The translations under genes were made by a program, and so were the position numbers. A stretch of 64,000 nt of DNA from Octopus sinensis (taxonomy: Eukaryota). The notes under the pieces were generated by a model. It was not told the DNA's origin and made no database searches. It was given only the letters and a program-made list of their open reading frames with translations. How positions within the stretch are numbered: position 1 is the stretch's first letter; each line of letters begins with the position of its first letter. The DNA is taken from assembly GCF_006345805.1 (NCBI RefSeq), contig NC_042998.1:78120001-78184000 (forward strand). Reading direction: 5' to 3'. This document shows positions 1 to 9,713 of this stretch, piece by piece.

Positions 1-159
1 TTTATTTCTCAACTTACTCAAGATCTTCTGTTGTTTATAAATGGGAGAGAGATAGATAAAGATAGAGAGCAAGAGAAAGCGAGGGAGAGTCCGAGAGAAA
101 AGAAAAGTAAGAGAGTGGGAAAGTGAGAGAGAAAGGAGAGAGAAACAAAAACGGAGAAT

Positions 160-395
160 CATCATCATCATCATCGTTTAACGTAGCGTTTTCCGTGCTA
201 GCACGGGTTGGGCAGTGTGACCGGGGTCTGGGAAGCCAGGAGGCAGTGTTTCTACAGGTGGATGACCTTCCTAACGACAACCACTCTGTGAGAGTAGTGG
301 GTCCTTTTTTCGTGCCGCCGGCTCATGTGCCAGTGGGGCTCGCAGCGGCAACGATCGGTTGGTGCTTTTTACGTGCCACCGGCACAGAAGCAAGT
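160..395 (-). mobile_element. SINE-like/RTE-tail repeat ending in (GAT)n
   Basis: Minus-strand reading has TGGCACGTAAAAAGCACC and GGAAGGTCATCCACCTGTAGAAAC-type motifs and ends in a (GAT)n tail at about 160-178; a second, opposite-orientation fragment lies at 598-693. Confidence 0.55.
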
Positions 396-421
396 CAAGG
401 CGGCGCTATAACCACACTCTT

Positions 422-454
422 ACCCGCGCGTAGAGCGGGTCACCTTCAGCTAGT
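422..454 (+). mobile_element. Helitron-like 3' terminus
   Basis: GC hairpin ACCCGC-gcgtaga-GCGGGT (422-440) followed 9 nt later by CTAG|T (450-454). Confidence 0.5.
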
Positions 455-703
455 ATATATACACACACACACATATAGAACACACACACATATAAATGAA
501 CGCAAGAATATCTGATTCATAATATTTGTTCTCATGTTCGTGTGTTGTTGGTGACAGACAGATACTTAAAAGAACGCCGCCGAAGTGATGGGAAGTGATG
601 CCGGTGGCACGTAAAAAGCACCAACCGATCGTTGCCGCTGCGAGCCCCACTGGCACCTGCGCCGGCGGCACGAAAAAGGGTTCCACTACACTCATATATA
701 TAT

Positions 704-734
<31 letters not shown>

Positions 735-737
<3 letters not shown>

Positions 738-1100
738 ATATTAATTCGAGACAAAACCACTATTTTGCAAAACAAACAAGGAAAGACTTAATCAATACAT
801 AAAAATTTTTAATATAAAGAAATAAACCGCCACTACAATCGTTTCATGTCTTCAATGACATTCGTCAGGTGGATTTTCGATCTCCTAATCTATTTTAATT
901 TATGAAACGATTGTAGTGGCGGTTTATTTCTTTATATTAAAAATTTCTATGTATTGATTAAGTCTTTCCTTGTTTGTTTTGCAAAATAGTGGTTTTGTCT
1001 CGAATTAATATTATATAATATTTTACTATAAAATTGGATTTAATCCTAAATCTGATTTTTTCCCTGTAAATTTGGATTTATTCCCTAATATTTATTATTA
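735..1100. mobile_element. Fold-back non-autonomous Penelope-like element (about 113-bp inverted arms plus conserved tail)
   Basis: Arms 735-847 and 902-1014 are near-perfect reverse complements; the tail TTTTTCCCTGTAAATTTGGATTTATTCCCT recurs at about 39010 and 58785; contains a hammerhead motif. Confidence 0.75.
830..872 (-). ncRNA. Type I minimal hammerhead ribozyme motif
   Basis: Reverse complement reads CCAC-CUGACGA-AUGUC(auugaa)GACAU-GAAAC(gauu)GUA-GUGG: intact core, stems I/II/III, GUA cleavage triplet. Confidence 0.85.
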
Positions 1101-1128
1101 TTATTATATATATATATATATTATATAT

Positions 1129-1163
<35 letters not shown>

Positions 1164-1222
1164 GCTTTTATGGTTTTATTAAAGCTGGAAAATAATAGCA
1201 AGACTGTTATTCAGAATTTCAT

Positions 1223-1333
1223 GTTGCTCATGAACACCTGAGTGTTGGGATACGAGGTCAGCCAACTCAGAAAAATAAAGACCATTGTCACAGTGACAGA
1301 AAAATAGAGAAGAGATACAGCATGTCTATCGGG
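1223..1333 (+). repeat. About 110-bp dispersed direct repeat, copy 1 (copy 2 at 2765-2876)
   Basis: GTTGCTCATGAA..CCTGAGTGTTGGGATACGAG..CAGCCAACTCAGAAAAA..CAGCATGTCTATCGGG occurs at both positions. Confidence 0.8.
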
Positions 1334-1529
1334 CGACAGCTGTGATAAATACTTTTTGCAGCACAACTGTCCGACGAAGGGGAACGTGAAACTGAGTATC
1401 AGTCTTGTTATAATTTTGCAGCTTTGATAAAAGCATATTACTCTACTTTTGTTATTCCATTACTATTTTTTCCATCTTGTTTTACACATATGTGCCCATG
1501 TATGTGTTTATATATAATGAAGCAGTAAG

Positions 1530-1760
1530 TCATGTTACCACCACCTCCAACGATTATTGGTTAGAGATCTAAAGTTTATTATATTCCGGATAAAATTACT
1601 GCAAATTTCTTATCAGCTCGAGGTAGATGTTTTCTTTCTCACTAATTTTTAACATTATATTGACATCTGGTATGAAACTAATTTCAACTACTGAACATAG
1701 ATTCATGTGATTCCCCATTCTCTTTTACTACTTTAAGCCAGCAGGTCATATTACTAATGT
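1530..1760 (-). pseudogene. R4/Dong-like LINE restriction-like endonuclease remnant
   Basis: Frameshifted minus translation VVEISFIPDVNIMLKISEKE / NIYLELIRNL / PIIVGG matches the RLE fragments at 50.3-50.6 kb and 51.9 kb. Confidence 0.55.
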
Positions 1761-3099
1761 CTACAAGTTAAAGTCATAAGCTTTATGGAGCTCAATATCA
1801 GTCAAAAATTCCCAGCAAAATTTACCACTGATTGTGTAATACTGATAGGGGATAAGTTTTCAAATCCTAAAAGTTTGAACAATATGACATTTAGATATGA
1901 AATAGATACATTCAAGCAGATTCATATTCGTACATATTTATTTATTTATTATTTATTTATTTATGTGAGGGATTAAAGACATAGACCTGGCTGAATGTTG
2001 AAATCAACTACAATTGATATGGAGTTAGAAATTGTATACGTAGAGTGCATAGTGCAGTCCATGGAGGTTTCTAGTCTCGGAATTGACGGACTGGATGAAG
2101 TGTTTACTGTGGAGTTCATAAGGCATGTTATAATAAATATCACTACATGAACCATCTTTGAAAGAGAGCTGTTTAATAAAAGCCTGCCAACGCCACCAAA
2201 TGATAATATAATGACACAGTAACAAATGTATCAAATTTTTTATCTAACCAGCGAGTTTCCCAGTTGATGCTAACGCAGTTGATGCACACTGGTTGAGCAA
2301 CCTACGACCAAAGACAACCATATCTTTCTCATATTAGCAGACTCTTGAACTAGATTAGTAAATTCGTTCTTCCATTTATAAAAATGTAGTCTAGAATTTG
2401 AAGAAAATCAGCCTGGTATTTCTAGCAGACCAGATGACTTTGTTGAGATCGAGTTTTTATTTACTCATTAATGTTCTCCAATGCACCAATGACGAAATCA
2501 AATGCCGAATACTATTTATTCATATCGTTAGTATTTTTAATTAATTGTTGAGTGTGAAGAAAGAGCATTGCCCATGAGTTTTGCGCGCCCGCTGTAGCAG
2601 ATGAGCCAGGTGTAATAACTGTTCCTTTTATACTGTTGTAGGAAAACTCCCACAAGAAGGACATGAGCAGTAGGAAGATTCCAGAAGGCCGGAATGTGCA
2701 TGATAGATAGTGCGGAGCAGAGTGGGGTGGACTGACCAAAAAAGACGAGAGATAAAAGAGGTAAGTTGCTCATGAATGCCTGAGTGTTGGGATACGAGAC
2801 CAGCCAACTCAGAAAAACAAAGACCATTGTTACAGTGATAGAAAAAATAGAGAAGAGATGCAGCATGTCTATCGGGTCACAAGCGGAAACATGTCCCATA
2901 ATGACTGATTTCCAATTAAACGAGGGGTCACGCAGGAGTGTGGTCTATGTTCTCTATGGGCGGGTGGTCCTACCATTGACCACAATACTTAATTGGTACA
3001 TATTTAAGCGACTCATACACACACATACACACACACACGCACCGAGCGTTTGTATGTATATGAATGTAGATGTGAACGACCATGTATGTGTAAGTATGG

Positions 3100-3465
3100 G
3101 CCGATTCTTAAAGGTCAGCTATGGACAATCGCTTGTGTAACCAGCCATGTAATCAACAGTACAAAGAAATCAGATATCAATCCCTTTAAAACGGCAACTA
3201 CATTACCAGTAGCAGAATCACCATACCATTACATCTAAACATTCAAAACAGTTTGCCAACGGTCCTTCAGCAGCACACCTTTGATATATAACTTCAGGCT
3301 ACGACAGATATGATGCTCTTGAAGCCGAGTATTTGACCTTACGGAAATAATATTTACATATCGCCTGAGAAAACCCGACTACATCTCATAATGCTGGTAA
3401 ACGGTTGCATAATTAATTACATGCATGCCTGGAGAACTACGTTGCGTAGAAACAGTTGTAGTGAT
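3100..3465 (+). mobile_element. Penelope-like element 3' end (GIY-YIG C-terminus plus decayed hammerhead)
   Basis: Plus translation PLKRQLHYQ*QNHHTITSKH...DALEAEYLTLRK* resembles a GIY-YIG C-terminus; followed by ATCGC-CTGAGAA...GAAAC-AGTT-GTA-GTGAT. Confidence 0.5.
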
Positions 3466-3469
3466 TGAA

Positions 3470-4375
3470 AATAAATGTCCAACCGTACTCCATCCTGCTG
3501 ACTCCAAGTAGTTTCAATTATCTGTTCACACATAACAGAAGCCAAATGCAAAGCTGGAAGTACGTATAATACTACAACCGGATAGCAAGGGGTGAAATCT
3601 GAAAGTGGTGCGAGCACGGGGTGTCATTGCCGAGTCAAATATCTCCGAGGTGCTCCGTGAACCGGTCAGCCAAGCGCCGTCCAGTTTGACTGGTGTACAG
3701 AGAAGGACAGAAAGCGCAGGAGATGCAGTAAATGACGCTGCTAGAAGTGCAGGTAAAGGAGTCAGTGATATGATAGTGACGATGATGGGTGCCCATGAGG
3801 ATGGTGGTTTTGGAGATGTAGGGCCAAGTGCGGCAGTGTAGGCGAGCGCGAGAAAAACGAACCAGGTGGGAAGAAGAGTTAGGGAAGAAACTGTGAAACA
3901 GGAGGCCACGTAGGTTGTGGGCTCGTTTGAAGGAGGGAAGGAGAGGGTTGAGGAAGATGTGCGAAGTTGAGGGGTCGGCTGGAGTCGCCGGAAGGCTCGG
4001 CGAATGGTACGTTTGAGGCGCAGAGTGGAAGGGCGGTAGGTGAGGGGAAACGGGAGAGGGACAACGGCGGGGCGGTGCAAAGAGAGAAAGCAAAGGCATG
4101 GTCCACGGAACGTGCTATGGCAAGTGTTTTGTGGATAGTGGTGAAGGGATATCCAAGAAGGATGAAGTGGGGAGCAATGAGTTGAGACTGAGTCTCAAAG
4201 TTATGGCTGTCATTGCAGAGCCTTCACAGACGGAGGAATAGGGAGTAGGGGGTGGAGAGCTTGGTGTGAGTGGAGGCTGAGAGGAGGAGCAGTTGATGTA
4301 TTGGAGTGCGTCGGTGTATTTGTAGTGGATGGAGGTAGTAAGAGCAGAGTTGTGTATGTTAACCGAAATATATAT
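3470..4375 (-). mobile_element. 5'-truncated Penelope-like retroelement (RT thumb plus GIY-YIG endonuclease)
   Basis: ISVNIHNSALTTSIHYKYTD (RT C-terminus) and FTCTSSSVIYCISCAFCPSLYTSQTGRRLADRFTEHL (GIY-YIG) in ORFs 4115-4405 and 3635-4099; several stops. Confidence 0.85.
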
Positions 4376-4410
4376 TATATTGTGATGTAATCTTTGGACT
4401 AACAATGTTT

Positions 4411-4501
4411 GCGGCTGAGGAGTGCTTTAAACCATCTTTTATATCATTAATACACTGATGTAATAACGGATTGTTTATAAAGCTTGAAACACGTGTACCG
4501 C
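4411..4501 (+). ncRNA. Type I hammerhead ribozyme motif with long stem/loop II
   Basis: GCGG-CUGAGGA-GUGCUUUA...UAAAGCUU-GAAAC(ACGU)GUA-CCGC; perfect stem I, palindromic ACACGTGT stem III. Confidence 0.85.
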
Positions 4502-4584
4502 GATATCCTTTGTGTTCTGTTTTTAATTTATATTTGATATATATATTTATATATATTTATATATATTTATATATGTTTATATGT

Positions 4585-4768
4585 GTGTGTCTTTGTATCT
4601 GTGATTGTCCCCATATCGTCGAATGACACCCGATGTTGGTGTGTTTACGTCCCTGCAATCTAGCGGTTCGGTAAAAGGGATCGATAGGATAAGTTCTGCG
4701 TCGATTTCTTCGACTAAAACCGCTTAAGGTGGTGCTTCAGCATGGCCACAGTCAAATTACTGAAAGAT
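4585..4768 (+). mobile_element. SINE family B, 3' half
   Basis: GGTGTGTTTACGTCCC..TAGCGGTTCGG..GGTGCTTCAGCATGGCCACAGTCAAATTACTGAAA matches the full copy at 55144-55550. Confidence 0.75.
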
Positions 4769-4775
4769 AGAAAGA

Positions 4776-4843
<68 letters not shown>

Positions 4844-5767
4844 TAGACAGATAGACAGATATATAGATATGCATGAATGATTCCATACTATATCCTGTAG
4901 ACTTATAAACTTACTTCTTCAAAACTGAAAAGCATAGCATACTTATAAATATATTTGCTAACATATGACTATTATCCTGACCAGAAATTCATCTCTCTTG
5001 ACATAAACACTGCAGACTCATACATACGCATGAACACAAACACACCGTGTATACATTTAATATATTTAGGCTACATTTAAACGTAACATTGTACGTGTGC
5101 ATGCATGTTGTAATGAGAAGAAAATTTGAATGAGTAATAGAATATATCCCTATATTAATTATACATGTACTTTTATTTATAATAAAATCACTAGATAAGT
5201 TTACTCTGAAGTATTTCGATTAGCGCTGAGAGTTTTCATGCGATAAAAGAATATTTGTATGGCTATATAAAGCACTTGAACTGTAGTGCAGTTTGACATC
5301 AAAGTGAACGGATCCAATTAAATGAAGTATGTAGGCAGTTCAGTAATATGCGTAATTAGAGAAATCTCGGTAATATAAAAATACTAGTGAGACTACTCCA
5401 TTGTTAATATGATGATGTGTGGTGAATGGAATATATAAATTGAAGTCAAAAGTGGTTACATATTGAAGTACTGGTATTGGTTTCATGCATATATATGTAA
5501 GGAAGGTTAAATTAGGCAAAGCAAGTTAAGTAGCATATTTGATGGTCAAAGATTTGGACGGCTATTTCTGCGTTAATATGGTCGCAATCCAATGATAGAA
5601 ACCAATAAATACGAATACAAGTGTCTGTATGTATTCGTGTTTGTGTGCATACGTGTGTGTGTGTGTGTGCATAGTGTGTGTGTATATGTGGGTATGGTGT
5701 GGGGTTATATATGTGTTTGCATGCTTATGTGAGTGTATGTATATATATATAGAAATATATATATATA

Positions 5768-6180
5768 AGCTGGTTACCCGCATGGTTCTTGGTCTGAAGC
5801 ATTTGTCTTATGAAGAAAGGCTGAAGACGCTCGATCTTTATTCTCTCGAAAAATGACGACGCCGTGGTGATCTCATTCTCGCTCACAACATCATAAGAAA
5901 GAGCTGTTCTTCACTCCTGCTTCAGAGTGTGGGCTGCGGGGTCACTCCGAAAAACTCTATCTACGACGATTTCATCTCAATCGAAGGAGAGGGGCTTTCT
6001 CCGTCCGGGTTGCGGATCCGTGGAATAAGCTGCCGGACGAGATAGTGAAGATGCCGACGACCGCCAAAGTCTCTCTTGACCAGAAATGGCCTGAACTCTT
6101 TGTATGAACACCCTCCCTGTACATAACTCCATGTCCCCTTACATGGCCTTGCTTTTGCTTTTTGAGCAAAAAAAATAACT
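5768..6180 (+). mobile_element. CR1-clade LINE 3' fragment
   Basis: TRMVLGLKHLSYEERLKTLDLYSLEK*RRRGDLI..RGHSEKL..FSVRVADPWNKLP is typical of the CR1 ORF2 C-terminus; followed by a short 3' UTR and A-rich end. Confidence 0.9.
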
Positions 6181-6197
6181 TTTAAAAAAATTAAAAT

Positions 6198-6248
<51 letters not shown>

Positions 6249-6249
6249 T

Positions 6250-6470
6250 ATATACATGTTGGACTGCTGAAGTCTACAAGTTTTTTTTTCATTCACTCTC
6301 TGTTTATTTTCTCTTATTCCTTTCTGTCGAAGAGCGTAGGCTCGAAACAAAAGACTTTTTCATTTTCCCGAGTGTCAAACTATTACATGTGCTTGCTATT
6401 CATATACCTGTCTTCGTCTTCTGTATATGCGTGTCTGGAACACTATCGCGCAAACAATTCGTATAACAAC
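6250..6470 (+). mobile_element. Short Penelope-derived repeat with damaged ultra-minimal hammerhead (6320-6353)
   Basis: CTTT-CTGTCGA-A-GAGC(gtag)GCTC-GAAAC-AAAAG; same layout as 62189-62223 but the stem III GTT is missing. Confidence 0.5.
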
Positions 6471-6479
6471 TTTATAGTT

Positions 6480-8170
6480 GTTTAGGGGTTGGTCTATAGC
6501 ACCTGCAAACCCCCGACCACTTTGTAGTTATCTACTACGATTAAGTAGTAAGCGCCGTTTACCGGTCCGGCATAGTCAATGTGTAACCTGGACATATGAG
6601 TTTCTCGTCTCTGGCCACCACTTGTATTTTACCGACAGGTCCTTGGCTCCAAGCGCACAACCTCGGCACATTCTCACCAAATTTTCGATATGTTGGTCCA
6701 TAGAGGGTCAGTAGTCATAACACCTCATCAGAGCTTTCATCCTTGCCATTCCTCGATGTCCGTTGTGAAGTTGTTGCAATACACTTTTTTGTAAGTTAGT
6801 TGGAACCACCACTCTTTGGGCATACATCGCCGCAAATTAAAAAAAACTATTTGCATCTGAATGTTTATTACGTTTATGTTTCAAATCTTTTATTTTCGTA
6901 ATGTACTCATCACCTACAGCTTTCATACTTATATCCTGTGACGTCACTAGTTGTTCTAGAATAACGTTCGTCATAACACTTTTAATTTCACCTTATGCCT
7001 GCAGTGGTGCTATAAGTCTCCTCGATGTTCCATATTTTGGGGAAATAATCTCGAAATGCAGTCCGCATGACCGATTTTTTTCGATGGAATGTATTGCATT
7101 CTGAAATTATAATCTAGAAATATGACACCCCAACGTTGCAGGCGGTTCGCAGTATGAGTCGGTAACCCTTTTGTAGACTCATAAACCGACAGAAAAGGTT
7201 TGTGGTCTGTTGGCAATAAAGAAACACTTCTTCAATGCAGAAACTTGTGAAATTTTTCACAGCAAAAATAATTGCTATGGACTTGTTTTCAATTTGACTA
7301 TATCCCTTCTCTTTCGCTATTTGCGAGCGCGAAACATGAACCACTGGTTTTGTACTTCCGTCTTCGTATTTATGAGGTAGAACTGCACCTGAAAACATCA
7401 GACGCTACAATGATGTCCATTTCGGGATCGTAATGTGCTAACGACAAGTCTGATATTAAAATTTGTTTGATTTCTTCAAAAGTGTTCTGGCATTTAGCAG
7501 CATTCTACATTACTCCTTTATTTAATAGGTCGTTCAATGGAGCTCTTGATTTGTGCATATTAGGAATGTAGTCTTGATAATAGTTTCCCAACCCACAAAA
7601 TGCTTGTAAAGTTGGAATATTTGTCGATACAAGCATGTTCATTATTGTGTCTTCCTTCGATGGGTGAGGACGTCTACCGCTTTTATCAATTATTTGTCTT
7701 AAGTACTTAAATTGGGGTAAATAATTCGCATCTTTCTTCACGTAAAGTGAACCCGAAAACTTTAATTTTCTTAAACACAACTTTTATGTGTTCCACATGC
7801 TGTTCACGAGAATTACTCTTGATCAAAATATCCTCCAAGTACAGGATTTCAAATTCACAGTCAGATAACGTAGTATCCATGATTTGATGGAATATTGCTA
7901 GTGCCAATTTTAATCCAAAAGGTAATCGTGTGTATCTGTACAATCCTCTGTGTGTATTTATTGTTAAATACTTTAAGAATTTTCCATTTACTTTTATCTG
8001 TGAATAGGCTTCAGACAGATCTAATTTTGAAAAACATTTTCCACCATTTAACTTTGAAAAAATGTCCTCTGCAGTCGGGAATGGATGGTGGTATGTTTTT
8101 AAACAGTCGTTCAATCCTGTAGAGAAATCGGCACATAGCCTAATCTTATTATTATTTTTCAATACATGAG
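6480..8170 (-). pseudogene. Gypsy/Ty3 LTR-retrotransposon pol (RT-RNaseH-integrase), frameshifted
   Basis: IRLCADFSTGLN..KLDLSEAYSQI..YTRLPFG..YLEDILI (RT); TDHKPFLS..TANRLQRW (RH); LHNGHRGMARMKALMRCY..PSMDQHIENLVRMCRGC and RLHIDYAGP (IN). Confidence 0.93.
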
Positions 8171-8192
8171 ATGATAGAGTAGAACTCATTTT

Positions 8193-8330
8193 TGAAGGAT
8201 ATACCTATTCCTAGCAGGAAAAATTATATACAAGACCTAATAAAATCTTTATAAATAGAATGAAATGGAAGGCTCACTACTACAATAACAACAATCCTTA
8301 TAACAATAATACTTACATGGAAGACAGAAA
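8193..8330 (+). mobile_element. Penelope-like ORF N-terminal fragment
   Basis: KDIPIPSRKNYIQDLI / FINRMKWKAHYY resembles the N-terminal KNIPIPS..RMRWKA motif of PLE ORFs. Confidence 0.55.
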
Positions 8331-8801
8331 CATGTGTTGTTCTTTCATATTTAATAAATTTAAGTATTAACTAAAGTAGAAGATAATTAATGAAATATAT
8401 TATATACCCTGCTGGTAATTTTGGTCATATCCTGTAAGTATTATTTCGTGATGTGCAAACTAATGCCATGAGTTTACTTTCAGATATACTCATTGGGTTA
8501 TTTTTTTAATTATCTGAAATAGAATACTTGCATATCGATTAATCCCCCAAAATTGAATTAATAATGACTTTTATCAGATACTTTGTATATTTATAGATAA
8601 ACATATAAGTATTCGATAAATAAGACCCCAATGTACGATATGTATATGCATATAATGCTGACGGGTTGTACCTGATTGATTTGGAAATTTGTTTTCCCAA
8701 ATTATTTATATGTATGGATATATATATATATATTTATATATATATATAAACAAATATATATATGTATATGTATACATATATAGGTATATATATATATGTG
8801 T

Positions 8802-8845
<44 letters not shown>

Positions 8846-9101
8846 GCATAATGAAAAGAAGAAGTCAAAGAAAAATTTTAAACACATCTTTAATTATAAG
8901 TTATAAGTGTTTCCGTATCATCTTCATGTGCAATGCCCGTTTACGCGAAAATTCTAAATGGAAAATCAAGTAATATTTGCTGTTTCAGTCATTGGAGAGG
9001 CACCTCAGACTTGCATCAAAGGTGTGCTATTCCATTGTGCGTCCTTCAGAGACAGTTGTTAGGAAATATATACACACGCACACACACATACACACACACA
9101 C

Positions 9102-9152
<51 letters not shown>

Positions 9153-9153
<1 letters not shown>

Positions 9154-9540
9154 CTTTATATATATAAAACTGAGAATGTGTGTCTGTCTGTCTGTCTGTA
9201 TGTCTGTGTGTTTCCCTAAAACTTGAGAACTACACAACCAATTTCATTCAAATTTTACACATGCCTTACTTAGGGTCCATGTAGTTTCATGTTCAACTTC
9301 TTCCCTAGAGCGAGCCCATAGCAATATCATATCTTCTCCACTATTTCAGTATTACGTGTTAAAATTGAAACAAAAACGTTTCTCTATTTTATGTCAGATA
9401 CTTTCATTTTAACAATAAAAATAATAATAACTATTGAATTATATGTAGTAAGTAATAATTAAAATCAAACTAAAGTATAATATAATCGTAACATAACAAA
9501 AGTAAAAATAGCAATTGGTATAAAATTGCATCAATGACTT
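9153..9540 (+). mobile_element. Possible non-autonomous Helitron 5' portion
   Basis: Starts TC..TATATATATAAAACTG followed by a (CTGT)n tract, a layout typical of Helitron-N elements; no matching 3' end adjacent. Confidence 0.35.
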
Positions 9541-9559
9541 GAACTTGAATAAGTGGTTT

Positions 9560-9713
9560 CACATGAATGGGAATAAATTAAAAATAAAATTAGCGTGCAG
9601 AAATGGAATAGTCCAGATGCATAATAAAAAATTAAATTAAAGAAAAGACTATTGTCTATAAAGTATTCAATGTAGAGAAAAAAGATTTGAACACATCGAG
9701 GAAATTTACCCAA
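9560..9713 (+). pseudogene. Older L1/Tx1-family ORF1, 5' half (continues at 16838)
   Basis: VQMHNKK..KEKTIVYKVFNVEKKRFEHIEEIY aligns by eye with IQIHDDIEKKRIIYKTY (Tx1 ORF1) and NKTITYRTQDRNTRKLVRVTIEEIE (ORF1-only element). Confidence 0.5.

Noticed and set aside
2642-2760. Exon-like segment with good acceptor and GTAAGT donor
   Set aside because: Stops in all three frames, and it abuts a dispersed repeat; not called as CDS.
2860-2900. GAAAC-AT-GTC palindromic half-hammerhead
   Set aside because: No CUGANGA with matching stems upstream.
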